Shown: positions 29,829 to 39,716 of the stretch, piece by piece
Position numbering within the stretch: the stretch's first letter is position 1
Layout of the letters: the number at the start of each line of letters is the position of its first letter
Source: an uncultured Clostridia bacterium
Lineage (GTDB): Bacteria > Bacillota > Clostridia > TANB77 > CAG-508
DNA: 64,000 bases
NCBI GenBank assembly: GCA_944387445.1
Contig: CALXEX010000004.1
Span: 689-64,688 of the forward strand
Reading direction: 5' to 3'
Position numbers and translations under genes: made by a program
Notes under the pieces: model-generated
Seen by the model: only the letters and a program-made list of their open reading frames with translations
The model's database searches: none
Told to the model about the DNA's origin: nothing

Positions 29829-31163
29829 ATGGATATAGAGTGGTTAAGTATTGGATTTGTTTTATGTATGCTTTTGATAGCTATGTGCATTATTAAAATC
29901 ATAGAAAAAAAGACAAAGATTCATGCAGAATTAAAACGAAAGTTATTACATATAACAATGGGATTGATTATGCTAACATTACCTTATGTATTTCACAATA
30001 TCCTTTCTGTAGGAATATTAGCAATTATAGCACTGATTATATTAATCTTATTAAAATATACAAAATTAAAAGAAGGATTAGGAAGTGTATTATATAGTGT
30101 CAATAGAGAATCTTTAGGAGAAATTTTCTTTGTTATATCTGTCTTTTTGATTTTTTATCTATCAAAAGGAGATAATGTTTTATACAGTATTCCAATATTA
30201 ATTTTAACATTTGCAGATAGTTCAGCAGCATTAATTGGAAAAAATTATGGAAAGAAAAATCTTGCAGAACGAAATGAAGATGCCAAAAGCATTGAAGGAA
30301 GTTTTATCTTTTTTATGGTAGCTTTTGTGGCAACATTAGTGCCTTTATTATTATTTACACAAGTAGGAAGAGAAGAAACCTTAATTATTTCAACCATTGT
30401 AGGATTTAATGTGGCTTTGATAGAGATGATTTCCCATAGTGGAAATGATAATTTATTAATTCCATTAACAACCTATGCTTTTTTAGCAACACATATAGGG
30501 TTAGAGGTTGAACAGTTAAGAATCAATTTAATCATTTTAGGTGTTATATTTATATTAGTAACCATTGCTAATCGAGTAAAGGCATGGAGTAAATTAGCAT
30601 TGGTTGAAACACTGGTAGTAGGGTATCTAACGATTACTCTATATGGAATATATGCTATTATACCACCATTAATCTTATTCTTAACAGTTATGAGATTTCC
30701 TAAAGTTACAGAAAAAGAACAAAATAATCTATATGATGCTAGAATTATTGAAACTAATGTGATTTTAGGAATTGCTATTTGTGGAATTGTAGCAATTACT
30801 GGTTGGAAAGCAGAATTTTTTATGATATATGCTTTGGTATATAGTATGCATTTAGCAATAAATACATTTGTAAGACTAAAATATTATTTTAATATGTCAG
30901 AAATAAATAGTATTATTTTATCATTTGCTAAAGGGCTATGTTTTATCTTTTTACCAAGTTTAGCAATTCAAAACCTGGTATTTCATAATTTACCTAGTTT
31001 ACAAATGATTATTCTTATGATTGTATGTTTGTTTGCTAGTTGTTTGATGATATATATACAAAAAAGAAAAGTAGAAAAAGAAGAAATTTCAATAAAAAAT
31101 GGATATATGCATACAGAAATTGTGTTAATATTAACAGCTATCATTTGTTTTATTGCATTATAG
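29829..31163 (+). CDS. polytopic membrane protein with a CdsA/dolichol-kinase (CTP-dependent) family domain
   Basis: FADSSAALIGKNYGK and KSIEGSFIFF motifs. An additional approximately 230-aa TM-rich C-terminal half. The ATG directly abuts the upstream stop. Confidence 0.65.
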   Translation: MDIEWLSIGFVLCMLLIAMCIIKIIEKKTKIHAELKRKLLHITMGLIMLTLPYVFHNILSVGILAIIALIILILLKYTKLKEGLGSVLYSVNRESLGEIFFVISVFLIFYLSKGDNVLYSIPILILTFADSSAALIGKNYGKKNLAERNEDAKSIEGSFIFFMVAFVATLVPLLLFTQVGREETLIISTIVGFNVALIEMISHSGNDNLLIPLTTYAFLATHIGLEVEQLRINLIILGVIFILVTIANRVKAWSKLALVETLVVGYLTITLYGIYAIIPPLILFLTVMRFPKVTEKEQNNLYDARIIETNVILGIAICGIVAITGWKAEFFMIYALVYSMHLAINTFVRLKYYFNMSEINSIILSFAKGLCFIFLPSLAIQNLVFHNLPSLQMIILMIVCLFASCLMIYIQKRKVEKEEISIKNGYMHTEIVLILTAIICFIAL

Positions 31164-31271
31164 AAGCCACATTTTCTATAATGCAATAAATTAAAAATTT
31201 GTAGGAGGAAATGATTGTAATCTGATAATCTATATTTTAATAAAATGAAATATTAAAAACAGATGTAAATC

Positions 31272-32204
31272 ATGAAAAAGAAGATGAATTTTGAAATTGT
31301 AGATAATCAAAAAAATATAAAAGTAACAGTTTTAGAAAGTGGAGAAGAAAAAGCAAAAGCTATTTGCTATTTTCAAAATACGCCAAAACAAAATGGTGAA
31401 AAAATCGGAACAATCGGAGAAATGGACATTTTAGATAAGCAATATGGAGTAATATTATTAGAAAAATGTGAAGAAATTCTAAAACAAAAAGGATTACATT
31501 ATGTTGTAGCACCAATGAATGAAAACACTTGGGGAAAATATAGAACAATGAAACAATCAAATGGAGAGTCTCTATTTTTATTAGAAAATGTCAATCCTAT
31601 GAGTGATAATGAAATATTATTAAAAGCAAATTATCAAGAGATATATACATATACTTCAACCAAAGGAAAATTAGAAAATGCTTACCAATCCCAAAGTATA
31701 GAAATGATGAGGAAAAAAATACAAGAAGAGGGTATTGCTATTAGAAAATTGAATAAAGAAAATTATATGGAAGACTTAAAGAAAATATATCATGTTTCAT
31801 TAAAAAGTTTCGGAAGAAATCCGTTATATACACCAATTGACGAAGAATCTTTTTTAAAACAGTATATACCTTATGTTCATTTAGCAGATGAAGATATTAT
31901 CTTGTTAGCTGAAAAAGATGGAAAAGAAATAGGATTTATATTTTGTATACCAGACTTTGAAGAAGCCAAAAGAGGAGAAAAGATAAATACGATTATTGTG
32001 AAAACTGTTGCAGTAATACCGGAATTTCAAAAGTTTGCCATTGGAAATGTATTACTGAGAGATATTGCAAACATTGCCAAGCAAAAGGGATTTGAAAATT
32101 GGATATGTGCTTTTATGTATGCCAATAATACTTCACAAAAAATGGCAAAACGAAATCAAACAGAAGTGATAAGAGCGTATGCCTTGTATGGAAAGAAAAT
32201 ATAG
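31272..32204 (+). CDS. GNAT-family N-acyltransferase
   Basis: C-terminal VAVIPEFQKFAIGNVLLRDIANIAKQKGF resembles GNAT motif A. Confidence 0.55.
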   Translation: MKKKMNFEIVDNQKNIKVTVLESGEEKAKAICYFQNTPKQNGEKIGTIGEMDILDKQYGVILLEKCEEILKQKGLHYVVAPMNENTWGKYRTMKQSNGESLFLLENVNPMSDNEILLKANYQEIYTYTSTKGKLENAYQSQSIEMMRKKIQEEGIAIRKLNKENYMEDLKKIYHVSLKSFGRNPLYTPIDEESFLKQYIPYVHLADEDIILLAEKDGKEIGFIFCIPDFEEAKRGEKINTIIVKTVAVIPEFQKFAIGNVLLRDIANIAKQKGFENWICAFMYANNTSQKMAKRNQTEVIRAYALYGKKI

Positions 32205-32254
32205 ATTTTTCCAATTTAAAAATCCAACTGGAAAAAGGGGATGAAATACAAAAG

Positions 32255-33748
32255 ATGAGGAATTTAGCCTATCAACTAATCAAAAATTATGAAAAGATGC
32301 CAGACAAAATATGTTTAGTCGAAAAAAATACACAAGTTACTTATGCAGAGCTATATAACCTAGTAGCAAATTTTAAAGATCATTTAAAAAGTAAGGGGAT
32401 AAAAAAAGGAGATAAAGTGTTAGTATTAGTTCCTATGTCAATTCATTTATATGTAACTTTACTTTCTATTTGGTCACTAGGAGCGATTCCTTGTTTTATG
32501 GATGCAGGATTTATTAAAAATGGATTAAGGAAAAATGAATTTGATGATATTAATAGTATTGTTGGAACGACGAAATATATTTTATATAGCCAAGTCAATG
32601 AAAATTTGAAAAAATTAAAAATAAAAATAGATGTTAAACAAATTAAAAAAACACCATTTAGTAGAAAGTTAACAGTAGAAGAAGTTGAAAAAGATTTTCC
32701 AGCTATTTTGACATATACGAGTGGAACAACAGGTATTCCTAAGATTGCAGAGAGAACACATAAATTTTTAGAAAATCAAGGAAATATCTTAAAACAAATT
32801 TCAGATTATGAAGAAAAAGATAGGGAACTTTCCACTATTCCTATATTTACTTTATCCAATATTTATGTAGGAATCACAACCGTTATAGCAAATGGAAATT
32901 TTACCAATTTAGGAAAATCGAATCCTAGAAAGTTAGTGAAACAAATAAAAGATAAAAAGATTAATAGAATCATGGCTTCACCTGGACTATTACAAGTCAT
33001 TGTAGATGATTGTATCAAGAAAAATATAAAATTAGAAGGTGTGAAAAAGATTTATACAGGTGGAGGAGCTGTATTTTTAGATTTGATTAAAAAATTACAA
33101 CAGGTTTTTGAAAATGCAACCATTCATACAATATATGGCTCAACAGAAGCAGAACCAATTGCTATATTACATATAAAAGATATGACAAAGCAAGATATAA
33201 AAGACACGGAAAATGGAAAAGGCATTTTAGCAGGAGAGATTGTTGGTGTAGAGAAATGTAAAATCATAAAACCGCATAAAGAACCCATTGGAACTATCAC
33301 AAAAGATGAATTTTTGAATATGCAAACAAAAGAAGTAGGAGAAATTGTTGTAACAGGAACCAATGTATTAAAAGGATATGTGGGTGGTATTGGAGATAAG
33401 GAGAACAAATTTAAAGTAGAAGATACCATATATCACAGAACAGGAGATATGGGATTAATTGATGAAAAAGGCAGATTATGGTTAAGAGGAAGAATGAAAG
33501 AGCCATATTTCAATATTGAATCAGCTTTACATGCAAAATTTGCAATTGGGAAGACAGCAGTCTTTGAAAATGATTCAAAATTAGTTTTGGTATTGGAAAA
33601 TCATGAAAAAACATCAATAGAAGAAATAAAAAAAGCCATTCCATTTGAAAAGATTGATGAAATTAAATATGTTTCGAAAATACCAGTCGATAAAAGACAT
33701 AGTACAAAGGTAGATTATAATGAATTAAGAAAAATATTACATATATAA
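32255..33748 (+). CDS. adenylate-forming enzyme (acyl-AMP/CoA ligase superfamily)
   Basis: TYTSGTTGIPK, YGSTEAEP, HRTGDMG and a C-terminal catalytic Lys region (DKRHSTKVDY). Confidence 0.8.
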   Translation: MRNLAYQLIKNYEKMPDKICLVEKNTQVTYAELYNLVANFKDHLKSKGIKKGDKVLVLVPMSIHLYVTLLSIWSLGAIPCFMDAGFIKNGLRKNEFDDINSIVGTTKYILYSQVNENLKKLKIKIDVKQIKKTPFSRKLTVEEVEKDFPAILTYTSGTTGIPKIAERTHKFLENQGNILKQISDYEEKDRELSTIPIFTLSNIYVGITTVIANGNFTNLGKSNPRKLVKQIKDKKINRIMASPGLLQVIVDDCIKKNIKLEGVKKIYTGGGAVFLDLIKKLQQVFENATIHTIYGSTEAEPIAILHIKDMTKQDIKDTENGKGILAGEIVGVEKCKIIKPHKEPIGTITKDEFLNMQTKEVGEIVVTGTNVLKGYVGGIGDKENKFKVEDTIYHRTGDMGLIDEKGRLWLRGRMKEPYFNIESALHAKFAIGKTAVFENDSKLVLVLENHEKTSIEEIKKAIPFEKIDEIKYVSKIPVDKRHSTKVDYNELRKILHI

Positions 33749-33761
33749 AGGGAGGGAAAAG

Positions 33762-34679
33762 ATGAATCAAATAAAAAAATGGTATACATATCAAAAAGAA
33801 AGATTTCCAGTACTTGTATATGGGATATATGTGTTTTGTATTGTATTTGCTACTTTTTGTTATAGTTACTATTACTATAGTGCAGGTATTTTAACATCAC
33901 CAACACCTACGTCTCTATACTTGGAAAGTACAGGAATACAATATATAAAACTAATACCCATGTTTTTAGTAGCTTTTTTACAGTTTTTAATGGTAAGGAT
34001 ATTAGATGAATTTAAAGATTATGAAGAGGATTGTAAATATAGACCATATAGACCTGTACCAAGAGGATTAGTTAAATTAAGTGAATTAAAAGTTGTATTA
34101 ATCATATGTGCGGTTTTACAAGTGATGATTACTATATTTTTTTCTAATTCAATATATAATATTTTATCATTTATCTGCTTAATGGTTGTATGGGCCTATA
34201 TATTACTCATGAATAAAGATTTCTTCATGAAAAAATTTTTGGACAAGCACTTATTAATTAATGTTGCTTTAGATGAAATGGTATTACCTTTATTGATTAT
34301 ATATCTAAGTACCTTTATTTGTCCTACAGGTTCTTGGTTAGCAGTAATGGCATATATCATATCTTGGATAGTAGAAGTTGCTAGAAAAATAAGATGTAAA
34401 GAAGATGAAGAAGAGGGCGTAAAAACTTATACAGCTATTTTAGGTATTGGTAAAGCAACGCTACTAATATTTGTATTGGAAACTTTGTTAATAGTTGTAC
34501 AAGGTATAATCCTAGGACAAAAAAATTATATCTGGATACTTGCTTTATACATATTAGCTAATATTCCCAATATGTTATTTGCAAAAAAGAAAACAAGAAA
34601 GATGGCAAAATTAGCAGAATTTTCAGCAAATATTTATATAGCCATTGTATATTGTAGTTTAGTAATATTAATTTTATAG
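33762..34679 (+). CDS. UbiA-like prenyltransferase-family membrane protein
   Basis: About 8 TM helices and an Asp-rich loop, LDEFKDYEED (DxxxDxxxD). Confidence 0.5.
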   Translation: MNQIKKWYTYQKERFPVLVYGIYVFCIVFATFCYSYYYYSAGILTSPTPTSLYLESTGIQYIKLIPMFLVAFLQFLMVRILDEFKDYEEDCKYRPYRPVPRGLVKLSELKVVLIICAVLQVMITIFFSNSIYNILSFICLMVVWAYILLMNKDFFMKKFLDKHLLINVALDEMVLPLLIIYLSTFICPTGSWLAVMAYIISWIVEVARKIRCKEDEEEGVKTYTAILGIGKATLLIFVLETLLIVVQGIILGQKNYIWILALYILANIPNMLFAKKKTRKMAKLAEFSANIYIAIVYCSLVILIL

Positions 34680-34687
34680 GAGAACAG

Positions 34688-37327
34688 ATGATGAAATATG
34701 TATTAGAACAAAATAGTAAACAATATGAATTTATGGGAGGAAAAGCAACTGCTTTGACAAAAATGGGACAAGTAATTGATAATATTCCAAAGTGGTTTGT
34801 TGTATCTTATGAAGGCTTTGATAAAAAAGAAAAAAACATAAAAGAACAAGCGAAAAAAGAAGTGGAAGAAGCTTTAAAGATGTTTCCAGATGATACTCAC
34901 TTTGCGATTCGTTCATCAGCAGGAAATGAGGATTCAAAAGAAACATCATTTGCAGGACAATTTGATACCTTTTTATATATTCCTAAAGAAGAGGTTATCG
35001 AAAAAATAAAAGAAGTATATTTATCTGCTTTTTCAGAAAGAATTGAAACATATCGAAAAGAAAATCATATAGAAGAGGTAATGGTGCCATCTGTTATTGT
35101 ACAAAAAATGGTGAAATCAGAAAAAGCAGGTGTGGCATTTGGAGCAAATCCAATAACTTCTAATATAAAAGAGATTGTCATTAATGCTGTATATGGATTA
35201 GGAAGTAGTTTAGTAGATGGTATTGCAACAGCAGATACCTATACCATTTTAAATGATAAAATTACCAAAACAATAGCAAAAAAAGATTATTGTCATATTT
35301 ATGTAGACGGTGACATTAAGCAAGAAATGGTAGAGAAAAAAGAAAAGAATAAAGCAGTTTTAACAGATAGTCAGATATTAGAAGTTAAAGAGTTAGTAGA
35401 AAAAGCAAATACATTTTTTGGAAGATTTCAAGATATAGAATGGGCTTATGAAGAGGGAAAACTATATCTACTACAATCTAGACCAATTACAACATTAGGA
35501 ACAGTAAAAAATAAAGAAGAAAAGCTAAATGTATTTGACAATAGTAATATTGTAGAAAGCTATGGAGGAATTACTACACCACTAACCTTTTCTTTTATTA
35601 GAACTGTTTATGAAAATGTATATTTAGAATTGTGTAAAATATTTCATGTAAAAGCAGAAAAAATAGAAATGAATGCACAGATGTTTAAAAACATGTTAGC
35701 TTTAATTGATGGTCGTGTGTATTATAATCTATATGGTTGGTATGGATTACTTTCTATGTTTCCTGGATTAGGGAAAAACAAGAAATTCATGGAGCAAATG
35801 ATGGGTGTAAAAGAATCTTTACCAGATGACCTATTTCCAATACCACAGGTTACATTTTCTGATAAAATTGGATTGATTTCAACAGGATATGGATTATTAA
35901 AAGGATTTATGAAAATAAGAAAAATGACAGATAAATTCTATGTAAGATTAAATGAAGCATTAGAAGATAAAGATATCCAGCATATGGACTTATATGAATT
36001 ACATGATTATTACTATGAATTAGAAGGAAAATTGTTACACAAATGGGATGCACCATTAGTTAATGACTTTTTAGCAATGATCTTTTATGGACAATTAAAA
36101 CAAGAATGTGAAAAATTATTTAAAGAAGAGGGAAACTTGATACATAATGATTTATTATGTGATGAAGGGAATATCATTAGTGCAGAGCCAGCAAAAAGAA
36201 TTCGAGAAATGGCAGAGATTGCAAAAGATGATGAAAAACTTTTAAAACTATTAGAAAGTGAGGATATGTTATATATCCAAAAAGAACTTCCTAAATATCC
36301 AGAATTTTATAAAAAAATACAAGCATATTTAGATAAATTTTCAGATAGATGTTTGCAAGAGTTAAAATTAGAAACATTAACATTAAAAGACAATCCTATT
36401 AGCTTATACCATTCAATATTAACATTTGCAAGAAGAATGCAAAAAACAAAAGTAAATGCATTAGATTCTGTAGAAGCTAGAAAACAGGCAGAAAGAAAAG
36501 TAAAGCAAGCTTTAAAATTTAAACCATTAGAAAAAGCAAAATTCAACTTCTTATTAAAACAAGCAAGATATACAGTAAGAAATAGAGAAAACCTTAGATT
36601 TGAAAGAACAAGACTTTTCGGAAGAGTAAGAGAAATCTTTTTAAGAATGGGATATATATTAACTTCTTTAAATGTTATAGAAGAAAAAAGAGACATATTT
36701 TATTTAGAAGTAGATGAAATTTTATACTATATTGATGGTAAATCAACGACCAACAATTTAAAAGATCTAATTGCGATACGAAAGAAAGAATATGAAACAT
36801 ATAAAGAAATTAACCCAGATGAAAGATTTTATACTTATGGAGCTGTAAATGTAGGAAATAACTTTAAAAAAGAAATAGAAATTCATACAAACAAAACAAA
36901 TAGAAATGAGAAAAATAGGGACGAGGTACATGGAAATAATAAGAATGATGAACATAAAAATCAAGAAGATAAAAACCAAGTACCTGCGAACAAATCAGAA
37001 GAAGAAAAAAAATTAAAAGGAATCGGTGCATCACCTGGAAAGGTTAGTGGACGAGTAAGAGTGATAGATAATCCGGCAAATGCAAAATTAGAACAAGGAG
37101 AAATTTTAGTTGCTGAATATACAGACCCAGGTTGGATTATGCTATTTCCTTCTGCAAGTGGAATTTTAGTAGAAAGAGGAAGTTTATTATCCCATTCAGC
37201 GATTGTTTCTAGAGAACTTGGTATACCTGCAGTAGTTGGAATTACAGGATTGCTGGACAATTTAAAAACTGGCGATATGGTTGAATTAGATGGAACAACA
37301 GGTATTGTGAGAAAAATATCAAATTAG
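34688..37327 (+). CDS. PEP-utilising phosphotransferase with ATP-grasp N-domain and C-terminal swivelling His domain (PEP synthase / rifampicin-phosphotransferase-like architecture)
   Basis: N-terminal GGKATALTKMG plus FAIRSSAGNEDS. C-terminal GIGASPGKVSGRVRVI and GSLLSHSAIVSRELGIPAVVG. A large unassigned middle domain and an Asn/Lys/Glu-rich linker. Confidence 0.8.
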   Translation: MMKYVLEQNSKQYEFMGGKATALTKMGQVIDNIPKWFVVSYEGFDKKEKNIKEQAKKEVEEALKMFPDDTHFAIRSSAGNEDSKETSFAGQFDTFLYIPKEEVIEKIKEVYLSAFSERIETYRKENHIEEVMVPSVIVQKMVKSEKAGVAFGANPITSNIKEIVINAVYGLGSSLVDGIATADTYTILNDKITKTIAKKDYCHIYVDGDIKQEMVEKKEKNKAVLTDSQILEVKELVEKANTFFGRFQDIEWAYEEGKLYLLQSRPITTLGTVKNKEEKLNVFDNSNIVESYGGITTPLTFSFIRTVYENVYLELCKIFHVKAEKIEMNAQMFKNMLALIDGRVYYNLYGWYGLLSMFPGLGKNKKFMEQMMGVKESLPDDLFPIPQVTFSDKIGLISTGYGLLKGFMKIRKMTDKFYVRLNEALEDKDIQHMDLYELHDYYYELEGKLLHKWDAPLVNDFLAMIFYGQLKQECEKLFKEEGNLIHNDLLCDEGNIISAEPAKRIREMAEIAKDDEKLLKLLESEDMLYIQKELPKYPEFYKKIQAYLDKFSDRCLQELKLETLTLKDNPISLYHSILTFARRMQKTKVNALDSVEARKQAERKVKQALKFKPLEKAKFNFLLKQARYTVRNRENLRFERTRLFGRVREIFLRMGYILTSLNVIEEKRDIFYLEVDEILYYIDGKSTTNNLKDLIAIRKKEYETYKEINPDERFYTYGAVNVGNNFKKEIEIHTNKTNRNEKNRDEVHGNNKNDEHKNQEDKNQVPANKSEEEKKLKGIGASPGKVSGRVRVIDNPANAKLEQGEILVAEYTDPGWIMLFPSASGILVERGSLLSHSAIVSRELGIPAVVGITGLLDNLKTGDMVELDGTTGIVRKISN

Positions 37328-37416
37328 GGATGTTTCTGTTTGGAACATTTTCAAAATAAAAATTAATAGGGACATACCAAAAAGCAAAAATGTTTCATTT
37401 GGTGTGTCCTTATGCT

Positions 37417-38175
37417 TTACGGTTCTTCAATCAAATCTTGCCAATACTTTTTAGGCATAAATTGCATTTGACATCTAGCATTTTTTCTTTCTTGTATGGC
37501 AATAGTTTTGAAAAACAATTTCCAAAGTTCTTGATATTTTTGTTCTTCTTCAGTAATATCAGGAATTATTAAATTAGTACTATCAATAATTTTGTATTCT
37601 TGTGTATTGTATAAAAAACAAATATTTCTATTTTTATCATGTATGATAAAGTTTTGTGTAGGTAGCCTTCTAATAAAGTGATGTCCTAAAGGTTCTATAA
37701 TATTATTATCAGGATGAATAGAAGCATAATATAGATTTTCTCCAATTTCCATAAAGCGAAGAAGACCTTTTAACTTATGACATTCTGATAAAGCCCTTTT
37801 TCTCATATTGATAACAGAAAAGACATAAGAAATTGTGAGCATGGTGTTGATTTTAGGACCAATGTCAAACCCATCACATAAATATTTTAGAATTTTGATT
37901 TCTTTTTCTTTTCCATCTGATAAAAAGGCATAAAAACTATTATATAAAGCTTCATAGCAAATATTTTTATTGATTCCTTCAAAAACACGTTTTGCTTTTT
38001 CGTAATTGGTATCTATATATTGTGTTTTATCTAAAAAATTTTGTGTATATTCCTCCTCTGAAACAATTTTTTGTGGTAATGTTTTATGAGAATAGCTCTC
38101 AAATACAATAGTTAATAATCCATCAAATGTACCATCATATAAATAGGTTTTATTTATAAGCTTCCAGTTAGACAT
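37417..38175 (-). CDS. DUF4130/TIGR03915-type putative DNA metabolism protein
   Basis: N-terminal YLYDGTFDGLLTIVFESY motif. Overlaps and follows the radical SAM partner gene. Confidence 0.75.
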   Translation of the reverse strand: MSNWKLINKTYLYDGTFDGLLTIVFESYSHKTLPQKIVSEEEYTQNFLDKTQYIDTNYEKAKRVFEGINKNICYEALYNSFYAFLSDGKEKEIKILKYLCDGFDIGPKINTMLTISYVFSVINMRKRALSECHKLKGLLRFMEIGENLYYASIHPDNNIIEPLGHHFIRRLPTQNFIIHDKNRNICFLYNTQEYKIIDSTNLIIPDITEEEQKYQELWKLFFKTIAIQERKNARCQMQFMPKKYWQDLIEEP

Positions 38176-39452
38176 TTTATTTTATCCTCCTTTGTAGGTA
38201 ACAATGTATCAAACATAGATAATTGTTCATATTTCTTTTGTGGTATGGTATTTCTTTCTGAATACAATAAATTGGTTTCAATAAAATTTTTATTAAATTT
38301 ATTGACTTCATAAAAATATTTTCCTTTACAAGTTATAAAATATTGTGCTCTTTTTAGGACAACTCCCAATTTTTTTAGACTTTCAAAGTCCAGTAAGAAT
38401 TCTCTTCTAGCAGTAATAATTTTCTTGGCGCTAATGACACCAATTCCAGGAATTCTAAGTAAAGTGTGATAATTGGCAGTATTGATTTCTATTGGAAATT
38501 TATCTAAATTTCTTAAAGCCCAATCACATTTTGGGTCTAATAAAGTATTAAAATTTGGATGTTCTTCATTTAATAATTCATCTGCTTGAAATCCATAAAA
38601 GCGAAGTAACCAATCTGCTTGATAAAGTCTATTTTCCCTCAAAAGAGGAGGCTTTTCCAAAGTAGGTAAGTTTTTATCATTATTAATAGAAACATAAGCA
38701 GAATAATAAACACGTTTTAACTTTAAAGATTTATACATTCCTTCAGAAAGTTTTAATATTTTTAAATCTGTTTCAGATGTAGCACCAACCATTAATTGTG
38801 TAGTTTGACCTGCTGGAACAAATTTCTTTTTATATTTGGATTTATCCATTTTATTTAATTTTAATGTATTGGAAATATAAGTCATTGGCTTTAAAATTCC
38901 GTCTTTTTCTTTTTGAGGTGCCAATAATTTTAAACTATCATTTGAAGGAAGTTCTATATTAATACTCATTCTATCTACTAAAATACCTAATTTATCAATT
39001 AATTCTTGACTACAACCGGGAATCGTTTTGCAGTGAATATATCCATTAAAATGATATTCATTTCTTAAAATAGATGCTGTTTCAACTAATTTTTCCATTG
39101 TATAATCAGGAGATTTAATAACTGCAGAACTTAAAAATAAACCTTCAATGTAATTTCGTTTATAAAAATGAATGGTTAAATCTGCAACTTCGCGAGGGGT
39201 AAAGGTAGCTCTAGGAACAGAATTGGAACAACGGTTAATACAATATTTACAATCATACATACAGGCATTTGTAAATAAAATTTTTAAAAGAGAAATGCAT
39301 CTACCATCTGCACCCCAACTGTGGCAAATGCCAGAAACATGACCATTTCCAATTCCATTATCTGTGTTTTTTCTGCTACTACCACTAGAACTGCAAGAAG
39401 CATCATATTTAGCAGAATCTGCAAGTATTTTCAATTTATCAAAAATGTCCAT
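38154..39452 (-). CDS. putative DNA modification/repair radical SAM protein (TIGR03916-type)
   Basis: CMYDCKYC (Cx3Cx2C) and a C-terminal helix-hairpin-helix, LLRIPGIGVISAKKIITAR. Always paired with the DUF4130 protein according to the family description. Confidence 0.8.
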   Translation of the reverse strand: MDIFDKLKILADSAKYDASCSSSGSSRKNTDNGIGNGHVSGICHSWGADGRCISLLKILFTNACMYDCKYCINRCSNSVPRATFTPREVADLTIHFYKRNYIEGLFLSSAVIKSPDYTMEKLVETASILRNEYHFNGYIHCKTIPGCSQELIDKLGILVDRMSINIELPSNDSLKLLAPQKEKDGILKPMTYISNTLKLNKMDKSKYKKKFVPAGQTTQLMVGATSETDLKILKLSEGMYKSLKLKRVYYSAYVSINNDKNLPTLEKPPLLRENRLYQADWLLRFYGFQADELLNEEHPNFNTLLDPKCDWALRNLDKFPIEINTANYHTLLRIPGIGVISAKKIITARREFLLDFESLKKLGVVLKRAQYFITCKGKYFYEVNKFNKNFIETNLLYSERNTIPQKKYEQLSMFDTLLPTKEDKIKCLTGSL

Positions 39453-39549
39453 AGCACACCTCCAAATATATGTTCGATTATATCATTCGAAAAATGAAAA
39501 TGCAATAGTTTTTAAAAACAAATTTTCGTATTTTTTAGCACTTATAAAC

Positions 39550-39578
39550 TTTACATAATTTTTAAGATATGATATAAT
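39550..39578 (+). promoter_or_regulatory. sigma-A-type promoter for the SSB-like genes
   Basis: TTTACA, 17 nt, then TGaTATAAT (extended -10). Confidence 0.55.
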
Positions 39579-39716
39579 AGTATTACTGTTTATGCAGAAT
39601 AAATAGAGAATTTATTTCTCAAAGAGAATATACTAGAATATAGTATATAAACAAAAGAGAAAATCTTCTATAAAAATGCATTAAACAAAAGAAAAAGAAT
39701 TAGGAGGAAAGAAAAA

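Noticed and set aside
37390-37572. 60-aa plus-strand ORF at the 3' end of the DUF4130 gene.
   Set aside because: It overlaps the conserved C-terminus of the minus-strand gene and the convergent terminator, and has no RBS.
39463-39490. Possible LexA/Cheo-box upstream of the radical SAM repair operon (minus strand reads CGAACATATATTTG, with TTCGAA/TCGAAC nearby).
   Set aside because: Only one half-site (CGAAC) matches the CGAAC-N4-GTTCG consensus, and the second half matches 3 of 5 positions. That isn't enough to claim SOS control.
5159-39647. The same half-sites TATACTA/TAGTATA form inverted repeats both in the fabG-fabF palindrome (5159-5183) and in the SSB-like leader (39629-39647), hinting at a shared regulator.
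   Set aside because: The spacing differs (11 nt versus 5 nt), the genes are functionally unrelated, and such AT-rich 7-mers can recur by chance in this genome.
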